Below are positions 19,200 to 28,173 of a stretch of DNA of 64,000 bases, one piece after another. The position numbers and the translations under genes were made by a program. The notes under the pieces are model-generated. The model had not been told where the DNA came from. It searched no databases and worked only from the letters and a program-made list of their open reading frames with translations. Position 1 is the stretch's first letter, and each line of letters begins with the position of its first letter. Origin of the DNA: an uncultured Pseudomonadales bacterium (GTDB taxonomy: Bacteria > Patescibacteriota > Microgenomatia > UBA1400 > PJMF01); the NCBI GenBank assembly GCA_964574595.1, contig CAZNOF010000001.1:9586-73585 (forward strand). Reading direction: 5' to 3'.

Positions 19200-19435
19200 T
19201 TCATAATTGAAAATTATCCGCCTGAGGAAGAGTCGCGTCTTCCAATTCTTCTCACAAGAAGCGGATCTTTGCAAAATCAAAGACGGGTCAGCCCGAGACA
19301 GCTGAGACCTCTACTCCATTAACTAGAGCGCAGGTTGCAAAGTCTACTTTGGTAACAAGGTAGAAAATAAGGGTGGTACCGCATTAACACTAATGCCCCT
19401 TTTGTTTCTTTATTAGAAGCAGAAGGGGTTTTTTT
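19200..19435 (+). promoter_or_regulatory. structured 5' leader ending in a terminator/SD-sequestering hairpin that abuts the start codon (candidate riboswitch or attenuator)
   Basis: TATATAAT -10 at ~19185. ~235-nt untranslated leader with several local hairpins. 9-bp stem CCCCTTTTG/CAGAAGGGG (19396-19428) followed by TTTTTTT running directly into ATG 19436. The only SD-like GAAGG lies in the 3' arm of the stem. Confidence 0.4.
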
Positions 19436-20404
19436 ATGCAAAATAACGTAATCTTGGATTGTGACACAGGAGAAGATGATGCGCTGGCAATCTTGATTGC
19501 TTTAGCAAATCATCTGCCGCTGAAGTTGCTCGTGACAAGTTATGGGAATACAAGTCTGGAAAACGCGACTCGGAATTCCTCACAGCTGCTGAGTCTAGCT
19601 GAGGCAAAAGACGTTCTGGTTTTGCCAGGATCAATTCAACCGCTTATGCCTCACTTAATTGAAAAAGAAGTTAGCGCAGGGAGTTTTGTGGGTAAGAATG
19701 GGTTATGTAACACCCAACTTTCCCCAAGTAAGTTTGATAATATTTTGAGCTCAACACCTGAGAGTTTTGTAGCGATTTTGAGTGAGTATGTTAGAAGACA
19801 CGGTAAGATCGATTACATTATTACTGGGCCATGTACAAATTTTGCAAAGCTCTGCACTGCTCTTGGCGATGATATTCATTACTACATCAATCAAGTATTT
19901 ATCATGGGGGGAGCCCTTTACGCACCAGGTAATTCCGGTCCGAAAGATTCGGTGACGAATCAGCAAGTGGCTGAGTTCAATTTCTACTGTGATCCACTGG
20001 CAGCGGGAAAAGTATTGAATTCAGGTCTACCAATTAAGCTGGTCAGCTGGGATGTAACTTCGACAGTTACTCTCAGCTTTGCCGAAATTCAGCATTTTCA
20101 GAGCCAGTCTGCCTCTGGTCAATTCGCCATTACCTTAATGCAAAATTTCTTTAAGTACTACGGTTTGGGTCACGATCGAAATTTTGAGTTAAATGATCCG
20201 TTGACTGTTCTGGCTTGTTTAGGCTGGGGAAACTACCGAGAAGAGAAAGTAAAAGTAGTCACAGAAAAAATGAACTATGGACAGTCGAATATTTGTGCTA
20301 ATGGTGCTCTTATAAGCTACTTCAATTTAACTGATAAAGGAAGAGAACAAGCTACTCAGAAGATGCTAACAGATTTGAAAATTGGTAAAAAAAGAGCTCG
20401 TTAG
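19436..20404 (+). CDS. nucleoside hydrolase (IU-NH family)
   Basis: N-terminal DCDTGEDDALAI Ca-binding aspartate cluster. ~320 aa typical of RihA/IunH. Confidence 0.85.
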   Translation: MQNNVILDCDTGEDDALAILIALANHLPLKLLVTSYGNTSLENATRNSSQLLSLAEAKDVLVLPGSIQPLMPHLIEKEVSAGSFVGKNGLCNTQLSPSKFDNILSSTPESFVAILSEYVRRHGKIDYIITGPCTNFAKLCTALGDDIHYYINQVFIMGGALYAPGNSGPKDSVTNQQVAEFNFYCDPLAAGKVLNSGLPIKLVSWDVTSTVTLSFAEIQHFQSQSASGQFAITLMQNFFKYYGLGHDRNFELNDPLTVLACLGWGNYREEKVKVVTEKMNYGQSNICANGALISYFNLTDKGREQATQKMLTDLKIGKKRAR

Positions 20405-20454
20405 CAGGCTGACGAGCTCTTTCAACGGTGATGGGTTACCATTCTGGACATATG

Positions 20455-21057
20455 TTATTTGCCCAGCTTAGCAAGCCCATGTTTACCTTTTGACACCCAG
20501 TGCAGGATGTCAGCAACGGTCCTCAACAGCCAGACGATGATGTCTATGCCGTTCCAGCAGCCAACAATCGCTGCCATAATCAGTCCGGCATCAACATTGA
20601 AAATGGCGTAGGCACCACCAATTCCAGCAATGCAGATGGCTTCTATGGTGAGCTTCCATTTAGGATCGTCCTCGCGAATGAGGAGGAAAATTAATGGACC
20701 CATTCCAGCCAACCACAATGGTTGTTTCCCATAATCATTCATGCCGATTAGGATCATTGCTAAACAGATAACTGCTTGCAATGTATCGATCCATTGCTGG
20801 ATCGTAAAATCGGGTAAGAACGGCAAGACAATTACCTGATTCTTATCCAGCTTGGCCGGCGCAGCTGGCATGTGGGCGGGTGTAGCAGGACCAGCCGGAT
20901 GACCTTCATTTTCTTTGGGATGACCAGAGTTGTCAGTTTTCCCATTCGCTGCTGGTCCACCGTGGACTGCTGCAGCCCCACCCTTACTAAAGCCTTGTCC
21001 TCCACTTTGTGCGGAGGTGTCTTTGGCATGATCTGCTGTATGAGTTGAATCACTCAA
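20455..21057 (-). CDS. membrane protein with disordered Gly/Pro/Ala-rich cytoplasmic N-terminus
   Basis: 200-aa ORF. About 75-aa low-complexity N-region, then 4 predicted TM helices. Confidence 0.5.
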   Translation of the reverse strand: MSDSTHTADHAKDTSAQSGGQGFSKGGAAAVHGGPAANGKTDNSGHPKENEGHPAGPATPAHMPAAPAKLDKNQVIVLPFLPDFTIQQWIDTLQAVICLAMILIGMNDYGKQPLWLAGMGPLIFLLIREDDPKWKLTIEAICIAGIGGAYAIFNVDAGLIMAAIVGCWNGIDIIVWLLRTVADILHWVSKGKHGLAKLGK

Positions 21058-21192
21058 TTTGTTTGCCTCCTTAAATTAGACATTCTGATACAGATCTATT
21101 ATGTATTATACTCCTTTTATCTAGATAGAAAGGGATTTATCGGTCTAATCGCCAGATTGCCCATCTGTTTCGTATTGTGTTAAACTACACGA

Positions 21193-21624
21193 ATGAATAT
21201 CCTCGTTGTCTTCGAGACGCAAAATGGAACGACTCAGTACGTCGCTGAGGTCATCCAGAAACAATTTCAAGACCTCGGACACCAGGTTACATTACATGGT
21301 GTTAAAGCCCAGGGTATGACTCCTCCTATGATGGACTACGACGTCATTCTCTTTGGAGCTCCTACCTATGAAGACGGTAAGCTTGAGAACTCAATGAGAG
21401 TGTTTATAGCGAGAAATAATCCAGATTTCAGTCAGAAAAAAGTGGCTGTTTTTGGCTTAGGCAATCGTTTTTACCCTCAATTTTGTATCTCAGCACAAAT
21501 TTTGGCTGATTGGGTTACCAAGAATAAAGGTACATTGTTGGTTGAGCCATTAAAAATTGACGGTTTCCCTGACAATTTAGCTCCTCTACAGTCTTGGATT
21601 GCGCAACTCTCAGCAAAGTTATGA
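21193..21624 (+). CDS. flavodoxin-like protein
   Basis: MNILVVFETQNGTTQYVAE flavodoxin N-terminal FMN-binding signature. 143 aa. Confidence 0.7.
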   Translation: MNILVVFETQNGTTQYVAEVIQKQFQDLGHQVTLHGVKAQGMTPPMMDYDVILFGAPTYEDGKLENSMRVFIARNNPDFSQKKVAVFGLGNRFYPQFCISAQILADWVTKNKGTLLVEPLKIDGFPDNLAPLQSWIAQLSAKL

Positions 21625-22808
21625 AACCAAAAGATCCTGCCCTTCTCGTTCTCGCGTTTATTATTTTCGTCAACTCCTTGGCCTATGGAACAATTATTCC
21701 ATTGCTATACCCATATGCGGTTCGATTTGGTATTACCCCACCTAGTTTGGCGCTGCTCTTTGCTTCTTACTCAGTCACTCAGTTTATTGCTACGCCTATT
21801 CTTGGCAGACTATCAGATCGCTTTGGCAGAAAGCCGATTTTATTGCTCTGTCTCCTGGGTACAAGTTTGTCTTTAGCCATGTTTGCAGTGGCTACAAATA
21901 TTCTGCTGCTTTTTATTGCTCGACTTTTTGATGGTATTACCGGTGGAAATATTTCTGTGGCTCAAGCCATGATTGCTGATAAGACGAGTGGTGAGCACCG
22001 TTCTAAATCCTTTGGGTTCCTGCTTGCAGCTTTTGGAGCTGGCTTTGTAGCTGGACCAGCGGTCGGCGGATTATTAAGTCAATTTGGTTTGACTGCTCCA
22101 TTCTGGTTTGCCGCGATTTTAGCGCTGTTGGGAACTATTTTAGGTCAGATTATCTTGAAAGAAACCTTGCCTAAAGAAGACAGGCAACCTTCGCATGAAC
22201 CACTTTTTAGAGTCAAAACCCTCTATGAGGCATTTTTCAAGCCGCTCACCGGTGAGATTTTAGCGATTAGTTTTTTACTGGCGATAGCCCAAAACGCCAT
22301 CATCATCGGCGTGCAATCCTACACCGTGGACAACCTGCAAATGTCAGCTGCCCAGACAGGTGTCATGTTTACCGCAGTCGGAATTATTAATATTTTGACG
22401 CAGGTAGTGGGTTTGCGATATTTGCTGCATAAGTTTAAAAACACGGTTCAAGTCATTTCGGTTCTGCTGTTCCTTTCCACAATTTCGCTTTTAGCCCTTT
22501 TCTTTGTGCACACTATCAACTCGTTCCTAATCGTATTATTTGCGTTTGCCGTGTTTAGTTCGCCGATTGGCGCGATTATTACTGGCCTATTATCAGAACG
22601 AACCAAAGATGAAGACCAAGGTGGAATTTTAGGCTTAAATCAGTCGTATAACTCGCTGGGTCAAATCATTGGACCACTTTTAGCTGGGGCGATTGCGGCT
22701 CGAATTGCCACGAACAATATTTTTCTGGCATCAGCCGGTGTTTTTGTGGCAACACTTCTAGTGAGTGTGATGTCTCAGAAAAAAGCGACTCACAAACTTG
22801 ATTTGTAA
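21621..22808 (+). CDS. MFS transporter
   Basis: MFS motif A GRLSDRFGRKP, 12 predicted TM helices. Start set at ATG 21621, overlapping the upstream stop as ATGA. Confidence 0.8.
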   Translation: MKPKDPALLVLAFIIFVNSLAYGTIIPLLYPYAVRFGITPPSLALLFASYSVTQFIATPILGRLSDRFGRKPILLLCLLGTSLSLAMFAVATNILLLFIARLFDGITGGNISVAQAMIADKTSGEHRSKSFGFLLAAFGAGFVAGPAVGGLLSQFGLTAPFWFAAILALLGTILGQIILKETLPKEDRQPSHEPLFRVKTLYEAFFKPLTGEILAISFLLAIAQNAIIIGVQSYTVDNLQMSAAQTGVMFTAVGIINILTQVVGLRYLLHKFKNTVQVISVLLFLSTISLLALFFVHTINSFLIVLFAFAVFSSPIGAIITGLLSERTKDEDQGGILGLNQSYNSLGQIIGPLLAGAIAARIATNNIFLASAGVFVATLLVSVMSQKKATHKLDL

Positions 22809-22842
22809 AAATGCACCTTCCTTCGTATAATCAAACAGCTTC

Positions 22843-22915
22843 GCGGGTATAGTTCACCGGTAGAATGACTCCCTTCCAAGGAGTAGAAGCGGGTTCGATT
22901 CCCGCTACCCGCTCA
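22843..22915 (+). tRNA. tRNA-Gly (anticodon TCC)
   Basis: Acceptor GCGGGTA/TACCCGC, anticodon loop CTTCCAA, T-loop TTCGATT. -10 box CGTATAAT at ~22824. Exact ends +/-2 nt. Confidence 0.75.
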
Positions 22916-22962
22916 CCAGATTTCCCTTTACACATTCTCCAATACCTTCTATTATCATTTTA

Positions 22963-23685
22963 ATGAACGAACACACTCAAAAATCCGAACCTCAGCCTCA
23001 AGAAGTGAAGTCTTCGCTTCGAGAAGATTTGCAGCTGACTGAGTATAGAAACGCTGAATATGTAGTTCCTTTTTACGATCCAGAAGTCGCTGATCAACTG
23101 AATGCAATTGTGAGTGAGATTGAGTCCATTTCCCCTGGAGAAAACATGGACAGATTCCTGGAGTTGCAGGACATGATTGATGCGTTGCCAGTTCGTCAAA
23201 AAATAAAATTGAAGTTTGATATCCTGGATGGAACGGGCCAAATTCGTCCTGACAGCCGAGAACAATTTACAGAAGATGTCATTTTTAAGATGCATGCCTT
23301 ATTTGGGCACGAACAAAATTTTAAAGAGCTTGAGAAGCTAGCGCTCTTTAAAAAAGCTCACCCAGACGTACGAATTAAGATGGTGATAGCTCATGGCGGA
23401 GCGGAAGCGGAGTGGGATCCGGTTCTACCAGTGATTGCGAAACAAACTTGGATGTACTGGGATGTAAACAAACAAGCGCACCCATTAAAAGAGTTAATTG
23501 AGACCATGAACAAAGAAGCAGACGTTCTTCTCTTGATTTGCTGCAATGAAGCAAATATTACCATGAAGCAGTCTCCTCTCACGGTTTTTTACAGTCACGG
23601 AAAAGTTTCAACTACTGGTTCTCAAGAAATGAAAATAATCGCCGGTTCAGATGGCGAATATCAAGAGTCAGTCGACATTGAGTAA
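22963..23685 (+). CDS. hypothetical protein
   Basis: 240-aa ORF. No family recognised. Confidence 0.45.
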   Translation: MNEHTQKSEPQPQEVKSSLREDLQLTEYRNAEYVVPFYDPEVADQLNAIVSEIESISPGENMDRFLELQDMIDALPVRQKIKLKFDILDGTGQIRPDSREQFTEDVIFKMHALFGHEQNFKELEKLALFKKAHPDVRIKMVIAHGGAEAEWDPVLPVIAKQTWMYWDVNKQAHPLKELIETMNKEADVLLLICCNEANITMKQSPLTVFYSHGKVSTTGSQEMKIIAGSDGEYQESVDIE

Positions 23686-23772
23686 ATTTGTCACTAAAAA
23701 ATCTCCCCATAGATCGAAAAAAATCTGGCTAATTGACATTATAGGGTGTTCTCATAGTATCCTTAATGTCAT

Positions 23773-26244
23773 ATGAAAAAGAAGAGCTCTATACATGCAG
23801 GTAGTCTAGTCGCACTATTTGGTGTTGTTATCATGACTTTGGTAACTGTGCTTTTCTCCACGGGTTTCTTCCCTGCTCCGGCTAAGATTTTGTCAATGTT
23901 ATTGCCTCATGCTGCTGCTCCAGTTAAAACAATTAATGTTCTCGAATTACGTTACCTGCCTTTGGATTATTCAGTTCAAGATGCCAAAACGACTGCTGTT
24001 TCAAGTTTGTTAGTGACAGACATCGTTGACGCTTCTCGTGCTAAAGGATACAAAAATACGGCAGCTACACCAGCAGTTCAACCAGTTATTAAGTATGTTT
24101 TAAAACGTGCTTCAGCGCCACCATACACCCAGGGCAACTTTGAAGTCTGGTATGACTCTCTCAATACTATTTTGACTCAAGATCATGATTTACCTGGTGG
24201 CATGAACCTCTGTGACTACATCGTGGCAAATAATATCGATCAAGTCTGGGGGTGGTTTGACGTTCGTGCTGCAGGGAATGGTCCGATTGGCGGGTACAAT
24301 CAAGAATTTACTCGATTCTGGTCATATAACGTTTTACCAGTTCAACAAGGATACCAACCACTGTGCGGTGGCAAACGGTCATTTATTTTCTTAGGGTTAG
24401 ATCAGAACGCTGGTGTCGATAATGCCTTACACAGCTTTGGTCACTCCATGGAATCCATGTTAACTTTAGTACAGGGTCACGACTTATTCTGGACGAAATG
24501 GGCTGGAATAACTGGTGCTGAAGGTGGAACCGCTACCACCTGTGGTGACGTGCACTTTCCTCCTAACGGTGCGGCAGACTATGACTATGTGAATACACGT
24601 AATGTAACTACAAGTTGTGAGGATTGGAAGCCAGATGGAACTGGCACACAAAAACGTTTCACTTGTGCCGAATGGGGTTGTTCTCAAGAAGGTTACATGA
24701 AGTGGTGGTTACAAAACATGCCTAATGCAAACAATGGCTTAACCTATGCTGGCCGAGCTATTCCAAATTGGTGGGATTTGCTTGGCGATACGGATAATGC
24801 CATCGGCCAAGCTGCTTACAGAGGTGAGTACCTGACATCAGATTTCCTAGACTCCGCTCGTCCGTCCTACCTAGATTCTACCTCCAAGGCCACTCAAGCC
24901 AGTGGTGCTTCATTGACTATGACGCAAACCATTAGTGGTACGAATAGATTATTAATGGTGGCGGCTTCTTATCGATCTCCTGCCAAAGCCCAAACCGATG
25001 GTGGTAGTTCTGGAACGGGTACCAAAGAACAGATTACCGGAGTGAAATGGGGTACGACTGCTTTAACTCGAGTCAACCGTACCATTACAGATGAGTACAC
25101 GACTGAGCTCTGGTACTTAGTCGCTCCAGCCACTGGTTCCAATACCATTACCGTTAGCTTTGTTGGTAATGTTCAAGACCAAAACCTGTCTGGTGCCTCA
25201 TTCACCGGAGTAAACCAAACGACTCCATTTGCGAATGCAGCTGGATCATCTCTTACTGGTGGATCGGCAACTCCGACCATTACCGTGCCAACAACAGCTT
25301 CACAAGTGCTATTTGGAGTCACTTCAATGTACACGGGTTCAAATACCTTAACAGTCTCTGGAGCAACCAGGGGTGTGTTTGGATTAAAGACAATGAATGT
25401 GATTGGAAAAGGTGCTGTGGCCGCTGGTGGGGCAACTGCTACTCTCTCTTGGAGTGGTACATCTGCCTGGCCATGGTCAATTAGTGCTGTGGCGATCAAT
25501 TTAACTAGTGCTCCAGCAGTCACGCCAACTCCGAGCCCAAGTTTGGTGCCAACACCAAGCCCAACTCCAACCCCTGTGGCGACTCCGATTCCAACGCCTG
25601 TGCCAAGTCCAGTTCCAACTCCTACACCGACATCCGGGCTGCCAACTACACCAACTGTCGATTTAAAGATAAATGGACAAGATAGAGTGTATACACAAGC
25701 TGGTTTGAGAGGTTCAACGATTGGAAATATAACTCTCACTTGGAAAACTGTAGGTGCAACTAGTTGTAAAGCTCTTGGCTCATGGACAGGTGCCAAACCT
25801 GTGAATGGATCGGCAACTGTGGCATTTGTGACAGGGACTGAAAAACCTAATACCAAATACTACGCACTCCAATGTGTCGGGGCTGGTGGAGCAACATGGT
25901 ACGATGTTGCCTTCGTGGTAGTTCCACAAATCAATACATTACTTCCAGTCATGGAAGCAAAAATGTTTGTCAATGGCTTTGATGACACGATGATGCCTGC
26001 TGGCAGCGGTATTGTAGGCGCCGGAACTCAACAGAAGCTATACATCAAGAGCGGATCAGCTCCAGTCTTGTCCTATATATCATATGGACAGACATGCACA
26101 TCTCCTTGGATTGCCTCTAATCCAAAAGGCGCTATGACTACTGGCGTAACTCAGCCAGCTATCACCAAGACCACAACATACAGTATGACTTGTGATCAAA
26201 TTAAGAAGACTGTCACGTACTCAGTGTCTGCGAATATTAGATAG
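23773..26244 (+). CDS. large secreted/membrane-anchored protein with Pro/Thr-rich linker
   Basis: N-terminal signal/anchor helix, 823 aa. PT linker TPTPSPSLVPTPSPTPTPVATPIPTPVPSPVPTPTPT separates a ~600-aa N-domain from a C-terminal beta-rich domain. Confidence 0.6.
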   Translation: MKKKSSIHAGSLVALFGVVIMTLVTVLFSTGFFPAPAKILSMLLPHAAAPVKTINVLELRYLPLDYSVQDAKTTAVSSLLVTDIVDASRAKGYKNTAATPAVQPVIKYVLKRASAPPYTQGNFEVWYDSLNTILTQDHDLPGGMNLCDYIVANNIDQVWGWFDVRAAGNGPIGGYNQEFTRFWSYNVLPVQQGYQPLCGGKRSFIFLGLDQNAGVDNALHSFGHSMESMLTLVQGHDLFWTKWAGITGAEGGTATTCGDVHFPPNGAADYDYVNTRNVTTSCEDWKPDGTGTQKRFTCAEWGCSQEGYMKWWLQNMPNANNGLTYAGRAIPNWWDLLGDTDNAIGQAAYRGEYLTSDFLDSARPSYLDSTSKATQASGASLTMTQTISGTNRLLMVAASYRSPAKAQTDGGSSGTGTKEQITGVKWGTTALTRVNRTITDEYTTELWYLVAPATGSNTITVSFVGNVQDQNLSGASFTGVNQTTPFANAAGSSLTGGSATPTITVPTTASQVLFGVTSMYTGSNTLTVSGATRGVFGLKTMNVIGKGAVAAGGATATLSWSGTSAWPWSISAVAINLTSAPAVTPTPSPSLVPTPSPTPTPVATPIPTPVPSPVPTPTPTSGLPTTPTVDLKINGQDRVYTQAGLRGSTIGNITLTWKTVGATSCKALGSWTGAKPVNGSATVAFVTGTEKPNTKYYALQCVGAGGATWYDVAFVVVPQINTLLPVMEAKMFVNGFDDTMMPAGSGIVGAGTQQKLYIKSGSAPVLSYISYGQTCTSPWIASNPKGAMTTGVTQPAITKTTTYSMTCDQIKKTVTYSVSANIR

Positions 26245-26275
26245 TTTGATTGGTTAAAATAAAACAGATAGATAC

Positions 26276-26310
26276 AAAAAAGCTCACGGGTAAACTCGTG
26301 AGCTTTTTTT
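26276..26310. terminator. bidirectional intrinsic terminator
   Basis: AAAAA-AGCTCACG-GGTAAACT-CGTGAGCT-TTTTTT between convergent genes. Confidence 0.6.
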
Positions 26311-26325
26311 CAGTAATTTACTTTT

Positions 26326-27114
26326 CTATTTTAATGAGGCGTTAATCTTCACTAAGTCTTGAAACGCAGTTTTCAAATCTTCTCGGACCGTTTTCAAGCT
26401 ATCTCGGCCAGCGAGCAAAGTTGGTTTATTGGCTGGATAGCCTTCAGGTGTTAGTCCAGATACAGAATTAATCACACTTTGAGCCTTGGCCTGAGCATCT
26501 GTAACTTTGGCAGTGCGATCAGCCAGCAGCTTATTTGCTTCCGTCACGTCCTTGCCAGCTGATTGTGCGGTAGCGATTTTGGCTTGAATAGTGGCATTAT
26601 CGGCCATCATTTGATTAGACACCTGCAAGGAAATATCTGCATGAGCCAAGATTTCTACTTTTGGAATCAGGAGTAAAAACACTCGATACGACGTGACGAT
26701 CGATTGCTTATCAGCTTTCAAAGTAGCTGGGTCCGTGTCAGCATCGATTTTTACTTTCAGGGAATTTAAGTCTGAAATAGCCGTTTGAATTTGAGCCAGC
26801 AAAGCTGATTTCTGATCAGCAGAAATTCTGGTCATGGCGTTTACTCTGGTAGTGACGCGGTTCAGGGCAGCAATACGGCGATCGATTTCTTTATCTGCAT
26901 TTGAACCAGCTACTTCCATGCGAGCATTTTGACGCAGCTCCATCTTGTCTTCAGATTTGGCTGATGGCGTGGCAATTCTCATCATGGCTGGTTGAATGCT
27001 CAATCGTTTGTCATCTGCTTCCATCATTCTTGCGTTAGCAACTTGTGGCAGAAAAGCCGAGACCAGCATGACTGCTGGCAAAATGGTGAGAAAAAGTGGG
27101 GTTTTAGTGTTCAT
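26326..27114 (-). CDS. secreted coiled-coil protein
   Basis: Signal peptide then Ala/Gln/Lys-rich predicted coiled coil. 262 aa. Confidence 0.5.
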   Translation of the reverse strand: MNTKTPLFLTILPAVMLVSAFLPQVANARMMEADDKRLSIQPAMMRIATPSAKSEDKMELRQNARMEVAGSNADKEIDRRIAALNRVTTRVNAMTRISADQKSALLAQIQTAISDLNSLKVKIDADTDPATLKADKQSIVTSYRVFLLLIPKVEILAHADISLQVSNQMMADNATIQAKIATAQSAGKDVTEANKLLADRTAKVTDAQAKAQSVINSVSGLTPEGYPANKPTLLAGRDSLKTVREDLKTAFQDLVKINASLK

Positions 27115-27125
27115 AGATTTCCTGA

Positions 27126-27440
27126 TTAATTAACTGTTATGGCTTGATCATTAAGACCCTGATCAACTGAGCTGGCATCCTTATTTAAGGTATCAAGCTG
27201 AGCGCTCTCTTTGGTTTCCGCTTCTGTGGTGTTCTGGGCCTTGACCACAGGTGAAGTGGCTGGCTCATACATCATAGCTGTATCTGGAGAAGCAGTTGCC
27301 TCCTGGTTGGTCGGGGCTGTATTTTCCGGAGCTACTGCAGTTTGCTTACTACACCCAGCGAACAAAAAACTGACCAATGTCAGTCCTGTTATGCCTAGCA
27401 AAACCTTCGTTTTAGGAGAGGAAAATGATGAATTTAACAT
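27126..27440 (-). CDS. putative lipoprotein
   Basis: Signal peptide with lipobox LFAGC. 104 aa. Confidence 0.45.
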   Translation of the reverse strand: MLNSSFSSPKTKVLLGITGLTLVSFLFAGCSKQTAVAPENTAPTNQEATASPDTAMMYEPATSPVVKAQNTTEAETKESAQLDTLNKDASSVDQGLNDQAITVN

Positions 27441-27550
27441 AGTAAATTCCTTATCTAATTTGAAGTATAGACTACTCCAAAGTGACTCAAATTACAACTG
27501 AATAAACGGCTGAAAAAGACCTGAACTCGTGTTTTTTCTCGAGTAAATAA

Positions 27551-27581
27551 AAAATAGCCCGGTGTTGCCGGGCTATTTTTA
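27551..27581. terminator. bidirectional intrinsic terminator
   Basis: AAAAAAT-AGCCCGG-TGTTG-CCGGGCT-ATTTTT, immediately 3' of hsp20. Confidence 0.6.
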
Positions 27582-27598
27582 GAGAGTGACCTCCATTT

Positions 27599-28018
27599 CT
27601 ATTTGGCTGCTTTTACAGACAGCTTTTTGGGTTTGGATGCTTCTGCTTTTTTAAAGGTAATAGTCAGTACACCATTCTTGACGACAGCGTCAGGTTCTTG
27701 ATTTGGATCAATCAGACCTGGGATAGCTACTTTGTAGGAATAATTCCAAGATGACTTACTGTAATGTTTCTTTTTTTCGTCAGTCTCGGTTTCTTCTCTT
27801 TGAGCTTTGATCCAGACAACGCCTTTTTCAAAGGTAATGTCGATGTCTTTCTCTTCCACTCCGGCCACACTGGCTCTCAAGACGACTTCGTTGTCTGTCT
27901 CGTAGAGATCCAAGTTATTGGCTCCAACAGTAGTGATGCTTCCTAATGCATCTTCATCCCAAATATCTGGCCAGCGAAGCATACTGCCAAAAGCAGGATT
28001 CCAAGGAACAATTGCCAT
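27599..28018 (-). CDS. Hsp20/alpha-crystallin small heat-shock protein
   Basis: alpha-crystallin domain (DIWDE..., GVLTITFKK). 139 aa. GGAGGAG SD. Confidence 0.85.
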   Translation of the reverse strand: MAIVPWNPAFGSMLRWPDIWDEDALGSITTVGANNLDLYETDNEVVLRASVAGVEEKDIDITFEKGVVWIKAQREETETDEKKKHYSKSSWNYSYKVAIPGLIDPNQEPDAVVKNGVLTITFKKAEASKPKKLSVKAAK

Positions 28019-28058
28019 ATCTCCTCCATTTCTGCGCTCTCACATCTGGTGAGAGGCG

Positions 28059-28085
28059 TTAGCACTTGATTATGTTTATTGCTAA
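28059..28085. promoter_or_regulatory. CIRCE-like inverted repeat (HrcA operator-like) in the hsp20 leader
   Basis: TTAGCACTT-N9-TATTGCTAA versus CIRCE consensus TTAGCACTC-N9-GAGTGCTAA (8/9 and 7/9). About 40 nt upstream of the hsp20 start. An additional hairpin CTCTCAC/GTGAGAG at 28037-28055 sits next to the SD. Confidence 0.45.
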
Positions 28086-28173
28086 TTTATGCCACAATTA
28101 GCAGTCTTTGTCAATAACTGATAATGAATCTGGTGACCGGCTAGTGACAATGACACTAGATTGAGCTACGCTT

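Noticed and set aside
19200-19400. Possible small RNA gene (SRP/6S/tmRNA/RNase P) in the 250-nt gap
   Set aside because: It is too short and lacks the conserved SRP domain IV, tmRNA tag-ORF or RNase P P4 motifs. It was treated as a cis-acting leader of the nucleoside hydrolase instead.
20389-20424. Hairpin GAGCTCG...CGAGCTC after the nucleoside hydrolase stop as a terminator
   Set aside because: The stem is followed by only TTTC rather than a U-tract, so I have low confidence and did not list it as a feature.
25173-25856. 227-aa antisense ORF inside the 823-aa secreted protein gene
   Set aside because: It lies in the reverse strand of the Pro/Thr-linker coding region (GGT/GTT-rich), a typical antisense artefact of PT repeats.
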